A DNA stretch of 64,000 nt from Narcine bancroftii. Its lineage: Eukaryota. This document shows, piece by piece, positions 49,411-62,880 of this stretch. Below the pieces are notes generated by a model. That model made no database searches and had not been told where the DNA came from. It saw nothing but the letters and a program-made list of their open reading frames with translations. Made by a program: the position numbers and the translations under genes. Numbering within the stretch: position 1 is the stretch's first letter; the number at the start of each line of letters is the position of its first letter. The DNA lies in contig NW_027211833.1 in the NCBI RefSeq assembly GCF_036971445.1, forward strand, positions 1-64,000, given 5' to 3'.

Positions 49411-50540
49411 ATATAGAACCATTGAAAAATACAGCACAGAAAGCAGGCCATTCAGCTCTTCTAGTCAGTGTTGAAGCATTATTCCACTAGTCCCACTGAC
49501 CTGCACTCATTCCATAAACCTCCAAACCACTCTCATCCACTTATCTATCCAATTTATTCTTAAAACATAAGATAGCAGTTTGTTCCACAGACTCACCACT
49601 TTCTGAGTAAAGAAGTTCCCCCTAATGTTCCCCCGAAACCTTTCAACTTTCAACCTAAGCCCATGTTCTCTCATATTTATCTCTCCTAATCTCAGTGGAA
49701 AGAGCCTTCTTGCATTTACTCTGTCCATACCCCTCATAATTTTGTAAACCTCAATCAAATCTCCCCTCATTCTTATACCCTCTAAGGAATAAAGTCCCAA
49801 ACTTTAACCTTTACCTGTAAATCAACTCCTGAAAACCCAGCAACATGCTGGTAAATCTTCTCTGCATTCTTTCAATCTTACTGATATCCTTTCTGTAGTT
49901 TGGCAACCAGAAATGCACACACTACTCCAAATTTGGGCTCACTAATGCCTTATGCAATCTCACCATGGCCTCCCATCTCCTGTACTCAATACTTTGATTT
50001 ATGAAGGCCAAGATACCTAAAGTTTTCTTTACAACCCTGTCGACATGTGACACCCCTTTAAGGGAATTATGTATCTATATTCCCACATCCCTTTCTTCCT
50101 CCACACTTCACAGTGCCCCACCATTTACTATTTATGTCCTACCTTGGTTTGTCCTTCCAAAATGCATCACCTCACATTTGTCTGCATAAAATTAAATCTG
50201 CCATTTTTTGGCCAATTTTTCCAGATCCCTCTGCAAGCTTTGAAAGGCTTCTTTGTTGTCCACAACGCCTCCAATCTTAGTGTCTTCAAAAAACTTGCTG
50301 ATCCAATTTCCCACATTATCATCCAAATCACTGATATAGACAACAAACAACAATAGTCCCAGCACAGATCCCAGAAGTACACTACTAATCACAGGCCTCC
50401 AGTCTGAGAAACATCCATCCACTACCACTCTCTGCTTTCTCCCACACAGACCATTTCAAAACCAGTTTACAGGCTCTCCATGGATATCTAGTGTCTTAAT
50501 CTTCTGAACTAACCTCCCAAGGAGGACCGTGTCAAAGCCC
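49410..50540 (-). mobile_element. CR1 LINE 3' portion
   Basis: GSVLGLLLFVVYISDLD..SKFFEDTKIGG; RMRGDLIEVYKIMRG. Confidence 0.85.
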
Positions 50541-50890
50541 TGTGACAGAGTATATAGAAATATTTTTAGGAGATAAATTGGGAAAGGTTTGTTAGAGTAG
50601 GTCACATACAACATTTTAAAACAGATCTTATTTGAAATACTGGAGCTCTGCTAATGCTAGACATATCGAGGCCTCAGAGTTTTTGCAAGAGCTTTGAAGA
50701 GTGTCCAAGAGACTTCACTAATGGATTGTTGTTTACAAAAGGCAACAGGTGAATGAGCATGTTGGAGCCACTGCTGTCTGGAAGAGATCTTGCTGTTCTA
50801 AGGGGGTCATATAGTTTTGCAAGCAGAGAGAGTCAAATAGGCTTTCTCTCAGAGAGAGAGAAACACACACAGAGATCAGTTCTGCAGTGT
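50541..50890 (+). mobile_element. Partial LTR, family B-related
   Basis: TGTGACAGAG start; similar to the beginning of 40922. Confidence 0.65.
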
Positions 50891-50929
50891 TACACCTTTA
50901 TCATTCCTTGAAGGTGGATTCCCATCTAG

Positions 50930-51560
50930 ATAGGATGGTGAAGAAGGCTTTTGGTATGCTGGCCATCGCATACAATATAGGATCTGGGAGGTAATGTTGA
51001 CACTGTAAAGGCATTGGTGAGGCCAAGTTTGGTGTATTGTGTGCAGTTCTGGTATCCGAATTGTAGGAAGGATATAAATAAGGTAGAGAGGGTGCAAAGA
51101 AGGTTTACAAAAATGTTGCCTGGATTGCAGTATCTTGAATACGGAGAAAGATTGAGTAGACTGGGTCTTTATTCATTGGAGCGTAGAAGGTTGAGAGAGG
51201 ATTTGATAGAGATATTTAAAATTATGAAGGGAATAGATAGAGTAGATGTGAATAGGCTCTTCCCCTGAGGGTAGGAGAGGGATTGGAATGAGGGGCCATA
51301 AGTTAGGGGTTAGGGGGCAAAACTTTAGGAGTAATATAAGCGGATGCTTCTTCACTCAGAGTGGTGGCTGAGTGGAATGATCTTCCAGAAGAAGTAGTTG
51401 CGGCAGGGTCAATTCTGTCATTTAAGAGGAGATTAGATGAGTACATGATGTGAGGGAGTTGGAGGGTTATGGGCAAAGGAGTGGGTAGGTTGAACTAGTG
51501 GAGTTTCACATAAATTGGTGCAGACTAGAAGTGCCGATATGACTTGTTTCCGTACTGTAA
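50930..51560 (+). mobile_element. CR1 LINE 3' fragment
   Basis: VRPSLVYCVQFW...ERVQRRFTKMLPG...LERRRLREDLIE. Confidence 0.85.
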
Positions 51561-52039
51561 ATTGTTATATGATTATATGGTCATATGGTTAAGGATTTCA
51601 GGATTCATACCCAGTGATGAAAAAGGACCAACCACGTATTTCCAAATCAGTATACTATGTGAGTTGGAGAGGCATTGTTAGGTGTTGTTCCCATTCTTCT
51701 GATCCCCTTTTCCTTCTTGATGTTACAGGTTTGGGAGGTTTTGGAGTTGCCTGGGTGAGAGGTTGATGACATTTTGTAGTTAGTACGCATTGCAGTGATG
51801 AGAGATCGAATGAATGTTCAGGGTGTGGATAACGTGAGCAGGTGTAGAGTGAGTAGAGCAGTGGGCTAAGTATTCATCCTTAAGTGAGCCTGGATGATGC
51901 TGACCTTCTTTCAGAGGTATGGGTGCTAAATATATGCAGGCAAGTGAAAAGTATTCCATCACACTTTTCGATGGCTTTGAGTGATCTACCCATTCAGCTG
52001 AATTAAAAATCAATGATACTATTGAGGATCTCTGTGGAA

Positions 52040-53485
52040 CCTGATGGCCTTGTGATATCTGTCTCTGGGGCCAACATCAAAACATCCTTCAAGAGGGTGA
52101 CCCTTGCAAGGTATAGGGCCTGATGGTACTGAAAATCTGTGCCAACCAATTAGCTGGAGTATTCATGGACATTTTCAATATCTCATTGCTGCAGTCAGAG
52201 GTTTCCACCTGCTTCAAAAGGGCTTCAATCATCCTGGTATCCAAGAAGAATAGAGTGAGCTGCCTCAATGACTATTGCCCAGTAGCACTCATATCTGAAA
52301 TGCTTTGAGAGGTTGTTCATGGTCAGAATCATCTCATCGCTAAGTAAGTATCTTGGCCACTGCAATTCGCCTACCGCCCCAATTGCTCCTCAGCAGATGA
52401 AATGTTACTAGCTCTCCACTCAGCTCTTGATCATCTAGACAACAGCAACACGTACATCAGTCTAGTTTTCATTAACTGCAGCTCGGCTTTCAGGTTCAGC
52501 AAACAACCAACCTGGGCTTCTGCACTTCCCTTTGAAACTGGATTCTTCATCTCATGGGAAGATCACAGTCAGTATGAATTGAAAACAACATCTCTTCCTC
52601 AGTGACAATCAACACCAGCTCGCCTCACGGATGCATGCTTAGCCCACTGCTGTACTCACTCTATGTGCATGACTGTGCGGCTAAGCAGGATTCAAGTGCT
52701 ACCTATAAATTTGCTGACGACACCAAGGCCCTTGGCAGAATCACAGACAGCAATGAGGAAGCATACAAAAGTGAAATAGATCAGCTTGGTGATCGTTGCC
52801 AGAACGATCAATGTTAGCAAAATTAAGGAACTGATCGTGGACTTCAGGAGGTGGAAAGTAAGAGAACACAAACAAACCAGTCCTCATCAAGGGTCAGGAG
52901 TGGAAAAGGTTAAGAACTTCAAGTTCCTGGGTGTCAACATTTCTGAAGATCTATCCTCAGGCCTCCATGTCAATGCAATCATGAAGAAGGCTCAATAGTG
53001 GTTGTACTTCATGAGGGGTACGAGGAGATTTGGTATGTCACCAAAGACTCCTGAACTTTTCTACAGGTGTACCATGGACAGCATTCTGATTGGTTGCATT
53101 ACTCTCTAGTATGCAGGTGCCAATGCACAGGACAGGAAATGATTAGAGATTTGAGAACTCTGTCATGGCCACCAGCCTTCAATCCATTAAGGGCATCTAC
53201 AAGAAATCACCATCTCAAGAAAGCAGCCTCTATCCTCAAGGATCCCATCACCCTCTTCATTCTGCTACCATCAGGAAGGAGGTACAGAAGCCTGAAGATG
53301 AGCACCCAGTGGCACAAAAATAGGTTCTTTCCTTCTGCCATCAGATCTCTGAATGGACAATGAGCCACAAACACGACCTCACATTTTCTCTTCTTTTGCT
53401 TTCATTTATTATTTCTTTTACAATTTAATTTAAAGCAATTTCTCACCATTAATGTTGTTGCAAAACAATGAATTTTGTGACATGT
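52040..53485 (+). mobile_element. Degenerate Rex1/Babar-like LINE
   Basis: [14 protein letters not shown]; GCMLSPLLYSLYVHDC..YKFADDT; LLPSGRRYRSL. Confidence 0.85.
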
Positions 53486-53790
53486 TCACAACAGTAAATT
53501 TTGATTTTGATTGAGGTGTTTGGAAATGAGTGACACATTGCAAGCGACCCAGTGTCTGACCTGCTCTTGTAACCACAGTATTTGTGTAGCTGTGTCAGTT
53601 ACATTTCTGGTCTGTTGATAGCTCACCAGTGCATTGATGGTTGGTGACTTAGAATATAGAACAAAACAGCATAGTACAGGCCCTTTGGCCCTCGATGTTG
53701 TGCAGACCCAAATATCGCTTCCTAAAACAAAAAACACACTAGACCCTCCCTACCTCATAATCCATTATTTTACTTTCATCCATGTGTCTG

Positions 53791-54243
53791 TTTCTTCTTT
53801 CTTCTTTGGCTTGGCTTCGCGGACGAAGATTTATGGAGGGGTAATGTCCACGTCCGCTGCAGGCTCGTTTGTGGCTGACAAATCCGATGCGGGACAGGCA
53901 GACACGGTTGCAAGGGAAAATTGGTGGGTTGGGGTTGGGTGTTGGGTTTTTCCTCCTTTGTCTTTTGTCAGTGAGGTGGGCTCTGCGGTCTTCTTCAAAG
54001 GAGGTTGCTACCCACTGAACTGTGAGGCGCCAAGATGCACGGCTTGAGGCGATATCAGCCCACTGGCGGTGGTCAATGTGGCAGGCACTAAGAGATTTCT
54101 TTAGGCAGTCCTTGTACCTCTTCTTTGGTGCACCTCTGTCTTGGTGGCCAGTGGAGAGCTCACCATATAACACGATCTTGGGAAGGCGATGGTCCTCCAT
54201 TCTGGAGATGTGACCTACCCAGCGCAGTTTGATCTTCAGCAGC
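53791..54243 (-). mobile_element. RTE 3' fragment inserted in a CR1 (about 53650-54910, -)
   Basis: MEDHRLPKIVLYGEL...; TSD GTCTGTTT on both sides. Confidence 0.9.
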
Positions 54244-55409
54244 GTCTGTTTAAGAGTCTCATAAATGCCTCCAATGTTTCAGCCTCCACCACCATCCCCG
54301 GCAAGGCATTCCAGACACCCATGACTCTCTGTGTAAAAAATTTACCCGTTGTCTCCCCTAAAATTCCCTCCCTTCACTTTGTATACATGTCCTCTGTGTT
54401 TGCTGATCCTGTCCCTCAGAATCTTGTAGACCTCTATCAAGTCTCCTCTCATCCTTCTACAGTCCAAAGACAAAAGTCCCAGCTCTGCCATCCTTACCTC
54501 ATAAGACTTGTTTCTCAATCCAGGCAACATCCTGGTCAATCTCCTCTGCACCCTCTCCAGAGCTTCAACATCCTTCCTATAATGAGGTGACCAGAACTGA
54601 ACACAATACTTCAAGTGTAGTCTTATCAGAGGTTTGTAAATTTGTAACATGACCTCTCTACTCCTGAATTAATAAAACCCAGCACCTCTGTTTATCCACA
54701 CTCTTAAGTAACTGATCATTAACCCTGAACTCAGCCTTCTGGTTTGTCCTTCCAAAATGCATCACCTCACACTTAACCGAATTGAACTCCATCCGCCACT
54801 TTTCTGCCCAACTCTGTGTCCTGTCTATATTCTCTTGTAACCTTCGACAACATTCATTTCCATCCACAACTCTTCCAACATTCGTGTCATCCACAAACTT
54901 ACCGATCCATTCTTCCGCCAAAATGCTACCTCACCGAAAGGTTCACCACCTGACCAGTTTCATTACCCAGAATTAGATCCAGTATTTCCTTTCCTCTCTT
55001 TGGCTGGCCAATGTACTGTGTCAGGAGTCCTTTGTACACACCTGACAAATTCAGCCCCATCTCTCTTGCAGTCAGTAGGTGTCAGTCAATATTAGGGAAG
55101 TTGAAATCACATCGAACTACAACCCTGGACTAAGGCAGTGCTAAGTTTGGGAACTTGGTGTCCCTGGTTAAGCCCACTGCATCAGTAAATAGGTTATTGA
55201 TGAGTAAACATTGTTTGATCATAGGTGATTTCCATTACTTTACTTATGATTGAGACTAAATGATCTGGATTTGTCTTGCCTTTTGTTCACAGTACCTACA
55301 TTATCCAGCAGATGTCAGCCTTTTACCAGGATGTAACTGCTTGGCTGGTTTCAATTTTAATGTAGAGATGCAGCACTTCAAGCCCATTAGCCCATGTTGC
55401 ATTACCCCG

Positions 55410-56170
55410 TGTTGTGCTAACCACTACCCTAACCATACCATTCCACCCTTACGCTTTCTGTGCCCTCTACACTAACCATGACCCCCTACACTAACTGTGT
55501 CCCCCTACACTAACTGTGTCGCTCTACCATAACCATGTCACCGTTCACTAGCTGTACCTACCACCTTACACTAACGGTACTGCTCTACACTAACTGTGTT
55601 ACTGTACACTAACTGTACCACACTACACTGACTGTGTTACCGTACACTAACCATACCGCCTACTCTAACCATACCACCCTACAATAACTGTACTGCCTAC
55701 ACGAACCATACTGCCCTACACTAACCATGTTACTGTACACTAACCGCACTTCCCTACACAAACCATGTTACCGTACACTAACTGTACCACCCTACACTAA
55801 CCAAGTTACCGTACACTAATCGTACCACCCTACTACACTAATCATGTTACCGTACACTAACTGTACCACCCTACACTAACCATACCACCCTACACTAACC
55901 ATGTTACCATACACTAGCCATACTCTACACGAACCTTACCACCCTACACTAACCATGTTACTGTACACTAACCATACTGCCCTACACTAATCATGTTACC
56001 GTACACTAACCGTACAGCCCTACACTAACCGAACTTCCCTACACTAATTGTGTTACCATACACTAACCATACCGCCCTTCACTAACCATACCACCTACTC
56101 TTTAACTTATCACTATTAACATACTTTACCTAACTTAATCCCTTTCTAATTTTAAGTGAACGTGTATGTA

Positions 56171-56210
<40 letters not shown>

Positions 56211-56890
56211 GTTGAGAAAAGTTCTTTGGCTCACAGTCCAAACTCACTTTTCATTCCTCCAAATTTACTGGTTGCAGGCAATTCTTATACTGTGCACAGA
56301 ATTTAACATGTATAAAGTTCACCAGGCTTTGGTGCTCAAAAGGTAAATGGTTACTGCTCAGGAAGGTTCTTGTTGGTTTTCAGAGAGAGATGAGCTGTTC
56401 CAGGACACCCACAACTGAGGTTCTTCCATCAGTCACCTCAGTCCTCTCCTGTCATGAACCACAAGGGCTTTGACCAGGCTGTCTTCCAAAAGCTTGCCAG
56501 CTTGTTCTGTTCCAGTCCCAGCAACTTCTGCTGGCTGACACTGTCAGGGTCTCTGCTTCTCTCTCTCTCTCTCACACACACTGAGACTGAGAGAAAGCCT
56601 GTTTGACTCTCTCTGCTTGCAATACCACATGCAACTGTACCGTACACTAACTGTACCTCTCTACACTAATTGTACTGCCCTACACTAACCATTTTATCAT
56701 ACAATAACTGTGCTGCCCTTACATTAACCGATCCACCCAACACTAACCGTGCCACCCTACACTAACTGTAACATCCTTATACTAACTGTTCTACCCTATC
56801 ATAACCATACTACCCTTGTACTAATTGTGCTGTCCTTGTTTTAACCATGCTGACCTATACTTAACATGTCATCTTTATTATTAACCATGC
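55410..56890. repeat. Degenerate ~20 bp tandem repeat (TACCACCCTACACTAACCA-like) interrupted by an LTR family B fragment (about 56100-56632, -)
   Basis: Many units containing TACACTAAC; the insert matches 35720-36170. Confidence 0.85.
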
Positions 56891-59344
56891 TACCCTACTG
56901 AATGTGGTGTGTACAATTGAACAACACAGCTAAAATGCAATGTGAATTGTGTTGAAGTAGACTGGTTTCTGTGAGTGGAGATCTCAGAAACAAGTTGGGT
57001 CTTGAGTACACATGCTAGCTTGTATAAGGAGGAGAGTGATGGAGTCATAGACATAGAGCTTTGCAGTATGGCAACATGCCTTTCAGCCCAGCTTCTTCAT
57101 GCCAATCAAATTACATGTTGGAATGCCTTTCAATTGGAATTGAGGATGTTCATGCAGGATCCTCTAAATGTCCACCAACTTTTATAACTAGATACAGTAG
57201 AACTACACAAGATATTTTCTGAAACAAAATTGTCCTGAGCCGACTAGAGAACATGCATATTAGAATTTGTCATGAATAATAAGCTATATTTAGTGCACAA
57301 TTTAGCATTGTACAAATCTTTAATTAATACGAATTATAACATGAGTAAGTTCATGTCACGTTTGAAAGAGAGTAAAGAAACAGCAAGTATGTGTTGAATT
57401 ATGAGTAAAACTAATTTCCTGGTGATAAGGTAGCAAATTGGGCAATTTGTTGATGTGCAAACCATATTCAAAGAAAGTCTTCAAAATATATTTACAAAAA
57501 GGGAGAGGAGGAAAGGGGGAGAAGGGAAGAGAGGGAAAAAGAAAGAGAGGAGGAAAGAGCAGGGAAAGAAAGAAATGGGGAGGAAAGAGAGGGGGAAGGA
57601 AAAAAGGGGAACAATTCTTTACACCAATTAAAGCAATAGTCAACTAAGGAAGCAAAGAACAAAAATTAATCACAAACTGGATAATGCTGGCAATGGCATA
57701 AATGCAAAGAATGGAAACTTAGGTAGGAGTTATGAGAAGTGAGTATAAAAATTATTTACAATTGTGAGGGGAAAGTGGGTGGGAAGGAGGAATGTAGACA
57801 TTTTAAAATGGGCAATGAACATTCAAAATGAAAATATAAGAGACAAGCAAATATTTTGGATGATTACTTTGTGCCAGTTTACAATGAACTAAAAGAGCAG
57901 TAATTTATTGGGAAGAGTTAGGTACAAATGCAAGAAAACAATAGTGACAAAAAACATAAAAGTCCTAAAGAGTGATTGATCCACAAAACCAGATAATTTT
58001 CATGTGGGGGTTTTAAAGTTGTGATAGTACCAACTTAATTACAACTTGAAATACTCTGGAATTAGAGAATGTTCCCCATGATATTTAAAAATTCTGAGAG
58101 AGGTAGACCAAAAAATAACCATCATAAAATTACCAGAATCTGTCGTTAAAGAAAGACTAATTAACTCTGCAAATTTTCACTGGTTTGGAAATTACACATG
58201 AATTTAGAATGGGGATGTAATACTGATGGAAAGCTGGTTGAAATTTAAGACATAATTAAAGCAGTGACAATAGTGGGATGTCTATGAATTATTTAATAGA
58301 TTTCCAGAGGCAATTAATGAAAGCTGGTGGAGTTCACTGAAGACAAATTGAAGACATCAGAAAAGAGGTATAAGTGCAACATCGCCAGGTTCAGGAACAG
58401 CTGCTCCCTCTCCACCATCAGACTCCTCAAGGACAAACTCCATCAGGAACTCAAAACTTAAGGACTCTTACTTTTGAACTTTATTGATTTTTTTTCCTCT
58501 GTATTGCACAGTCAGTCAGTTTGTTTACATTTCTTTGTCTGTTTATGTGTGTACGTTGAGTACAGTTATGTTTGCACTACCAATAGGTGGTAATTCCATG
58601 TGGACCTTACCCACAGGAAAAAGAATCTCAGGGTTGTATGATGTTGTATATGTACTCTGACAATAAATCTGAAATTTGAAGTAACTTAGATACTGGAAAA
58701 GCCATGAAAGATACACACAGAATCATTCAGCTGCTCTTGTCAGGGAAGAGTGTCAGAGTCAGGACCACCAGGCTGAGGAACACCTTCTTCCCATAGGCAT
58801 TGAGAAGGCTGAAAAACCAAAGGGACTGCTCACAATAACCATCCGAGAGTCTCATATTCATGAAACAACATTTATTTATTTTTTATTTGTATAGATGAAA
58901 TATGTGTCCTGCATATTTATTTTTTTGCCTGTATGTGGGTTATGTCTAGTTGTGTGTCTGTGTGTTTTGTACCGAGGACCAGAGAATACTGTTTTGTAGG
59001 TTGTACTTGTGCAATCAGATGACAATAAACTTGACTTGACGTATTAAAGTTTGCCGATACAAAATTAATGCTGTTTTAAGTGATGAAGATGAATATGTTA
59101 TATTATAAAGAGATACTAACAGATGGAACAAAAAGGCAGAACTGGGAAATGGATTTTACTGTACAGGATGCCCTGGGCATTTAAAAAGGATGTGATAAAA
59201 TCCTTTGAAATGGTGAAAATCTAGAAGATCAAATTTGGAATGAGGCATTATGCATTAATCATTAATGGAGAGCATATTGCAAGACAGTGTATGGGGGAGG
59301 TGTCTATAATCAATTAGTTAAGAGCTTACTTCAAATAAAAAAAG

Positions 59345-59570
59345 AGGCAGCACAGTTGGTATTAGTGGTTAGCACAATGCTTTTACTGCACTGGCGATCA
59401 GGACCAGACCGGGGTTCAAATCCTGCGCTCTCTGTAAGGAGTTTATACGTTCTCCCCATGTCTGTGTGGGTTTTCTCTGGGGGCTCCAGTTTCCTTCCAC
59501 TGTTCAAAACATAATAGAGGATGGAAGTTAATGAGGTGTAAATTGGGTGGCATGGACTTGTGGGCCAAAA
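59345..59570 (+). mobile_element. tRNA-derived SINE
   Basis: GGCAGCACAGTTGG..AGTGGTTAGCAC...GGGTTCAAATCC. Confidence 0.75.
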
Positions 59571-59619
59571 TGTCAATATTAAGAATTTTAAAGCAGACAA
59601 TCTACAAACAAAAAAAACC

Positions 59620-59937
59620 AAACAGGGCATGGAACTTTGTGATCTAAACCTAGCCAAGTTCTGCAGCAGCCAGTGACACATCACGGCCTACCATCCTCAG
59701 GTAAACGGCCTCATCGAACTTTTCCACAGCCACCTGAAAGCAGCCTTGAAAGCTCAACTACAATGCCCTAATTGGATGGATGACTTCTCATGGGTGCTTT
59801 TAAGAATTCGTACAGCACCAAAAGAAGACCTACCAGTATCACCTACTGAGATGGTGGACAGCTCCCTGCTTACCCTCCCAGGGGACATTCACTTCAACCC
59901 TCCTGGCCCACAACCCAGTGCTCTAGATGTCCTCTAG
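59620..59937 (+). mobile_element. Gypsy-like integrase fragment
   Basis: TAYHPQVNGLIELFHSHLKAALKA...WVLLRIRTAPKEDL. Confidence 0.8.
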
Positions 59938-60689
59938 CAAGGGTACACCGTCTTTGTTGTGCAGATTTATTTTGGCGGGATGATCAGGTTGGCATTGTAC
60001 ACGCTGAAATATGAAAGCTTAAAGATAAATTTGAATCAAGTTTTCAAGATATCACAGATGGGTAGATAAAGTACTTCTGCCTGTGTGGCTACTTACACAT
60101 TCAAGGAAAGGGTTTTACAAGTGAAGTTGGGTAACACTTCTGCCTGCAGAAGTCAGTAGAGTTTTGAAGCTCTTTTCTGACAGTGATGAAGTCAACTGGT
60201 AATTTTAAATCTGAGATTAACTGATGTTTGATCATCAACAGTATTAGAGGATATAGGGAATAAACACATTACAAATTAGGCCTGTTGCTGCAGGACAGGC
60301 TCAAGGGGCTAAAGGTTTATTCCTGTTTCTATGTTTCAAAGTATTTATGCTGGGCCTTTCTGCGACTGAAAGGCTGTTTCAGGGCTCATTAATTTGTCCT
60401 TTTCGTTCTGTTGCATACATCAGTGATTTAAAGCAAATGGAAGGCATGATTATAGTTTACAGTTGATACAAAAATTGCTGTGTTATTAAAAAAGGAAGCT
60501 GTGGACTGCATCAGGAGGTTAGTAGATAGGTTAGGTACCTGACAAGTGGGGAAGTTAAATGTAATCAAAGAAACAAGAAACATTTTGATATGATGGAGGC
60601 AGGGTTGGGTGTTGCATGCAAGGTATCGGAAATACACAATGAATGGTAGAAAGCTGTTAAATATGGAAGACCAGATGGATCTTCCGGAG

Positions 60690-61020
60690 CTCTCCGGAGC
60701 ACTGCTCTGGCACCTCAGGGGGTAGCTCCGGCACCTCAGAGGGCAGTTCCAGCACCTCAAGGGGCGTTTCCAGCACCTCAGGGGGCAACTCTAGGCACCT
60801 CCTGGGGGAGCTCTAGGCACCTCAAGGGGCAGCTCCAGGCACCTCAAGGGGCAGCTCCAGGCACCTCTAGGGGCAGCCCCAGCACTTCACAGGGGAAACT
60901 CCGGCACCTCCTGGGGCAGCTCCAGACATCTCAAGGGGCAGCTCAAGGGGGCAGCTCAGGCACCTCAAGGGGCAGCCTCGATACCTCTTTCTGCTGTTTT
61001 TTGGAGAGCTCCAGCACCTA
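60690..61020. repeat. ~20-21 bp tandem repeat (CTCCAGGCACCTCAAGGGGCAG-like)
   Basis: About 14 degenerate units within a CR1 remnant. Confidence 0.85.
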
Positions 61021-62674
61021 AAAAATGAGCACTGCAGCTCTGAGTACATGGTCACAAATCCGTTTAGGCATTAGGATGCAGATAAATAAAATGATTAAGG
61101 AGGAAGGATTGTATTTTAAGGAGAATGGGGTTGAGAGGAGGCATCTTTCGGGGCTTCAAACATGTACATTTCTTTGATTTATGGATGATGGGGTAGAAAG
61201 ATAGAAGGACAAAGCTGAGACTGTATGCCATTAGCATAATTTCCCTTTTAGATTATGTCCAAGTACATGTGACAAATTATTCCCGTATTCACTGCTAGTC
61301 CATGGCATAGTCCCATGACACTTTAACATACATACTAGTACTGCAACTTTCAGCTGAAAGCCTGGTTGCATTGTGTACTGTCACTTACCACGTGCATGTT
61401 GTCTAGCTTCAGTTATTTGCCACTTCATTCAGTGGAAAATTTCTGAGCCATAAAGTAGATTCAGAAATGACAACCCTTCACTCCTTTTGAATATATCATT
61501 TCGTGTAGGCTGCCAATACACCTGTCTTATTCCCTATCCTTCGTTGGTGCCCACAAAAGCAAATGCACCACAAGTCGTTCATGAAAATATTCTTACTAGC
61601 ACTTGATGCAGAATTAGTGGGCCAGAGCAGTAGGAAACTCCTCTGGGTGAGAGAAAGGAACATTGAACATTTTTGTTGTCTGTTGGTATAGCCTTTTGTG
61701 AATATAATGTTGTCTGTGAGTATATTCCAAGACTTGGAATTGTATTCTCTTCAGTGAGGCTACGTTTTCTTTGCAGGTAATGTGTTCTGTTGGATGTTAA
61801 CATAATGGTCTTTAAAATAAGCAGTGAATGTTTTAGTGAAAGTTAATCCATTTGGTTTTCTGGTACTTGGCCTCAACTTTCTGCACCTCTGGAACTTGTG
61901 CCAGGGTTTTACAAGACTCACCATACTCAAGCTCAAATACTGAGAATTATTAATATTCAAAATCAGAATTAAATTCCTCTATTGATTCACACAATATCAG
62001 GATAATTGACTTCACCTCGTTATCTTCCTTTAACTAATTACATCAAAAGGCAGATTCACTGGCAGGCAAAACATGAATCACATTCCAACCAATTCTATTT
62101 GTTTTCACAATTTAAAATTGCCAGGCATTTGAAGCAAATTGAGTTGAATGAGAATTGGGTTTACAGGATGCATTTTAGGATATGCTCCAGGTTAAAAGGC
62201 AACCATTAGAGAAATATTAATTGGAATATGATAACAACAATTTGACTAAAAACCATGTTATCTGGAAAACAAGAAACAGAATTGAATCATTTGAATCTCG
62301 GACTCTTTCATTCAGCTAATGATAACAGTGGGGCTTGGTTAGCAGCCAAGAAGGCTTCATTTGTAAAAGTTTTGATTAAAACATCTTGTGACTTGAACAT
62401 TTAAATTGCATGGACAAAACTACATTACGATAATGTTAGGGGGTAAGTATTTCCAGTGACGTTTAGCTTTATAAACAACAGAATTAAAACTGTTTGAATC
62501 TTTCATGAGATTTTAATTCATTGTTCAATTCAACTAATTTTGAAAATAAATAATTCTAAATCCTATGAGATCACAAGTAATATTACTAAAGATAGCCTTT
62601 GATAAATGTCATATTTCCTGTTTATTCAACACCAAAAAGGCTTTGTGAGGCAGAGAGCACAGAATTAAAATACG

Positions 62675-62880
62675 TTATGGTAGCACCAGAGATTTGGGTA
62701 TGAATCCACTGCTGTCAGTACAGAGTTGGTACATTCTCCCCATGACCACATGTGTTTTCTCCAGGTGTTCTGGTATCTTCCCTCATTCTGAAGATGTGTG
62801 GGTTAATAAGTTGATTGATCATATGAGTGTATTTGTTCGGCGCAAGCTCATGGGCCAGAAAGGCTTGTTTCTAGGCTGTA
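62675..62880 (+). mobile_element. Degenerate tRNA-derived SINE
   Basis: Same body as the other SINE copies. Confidence 0.55.
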
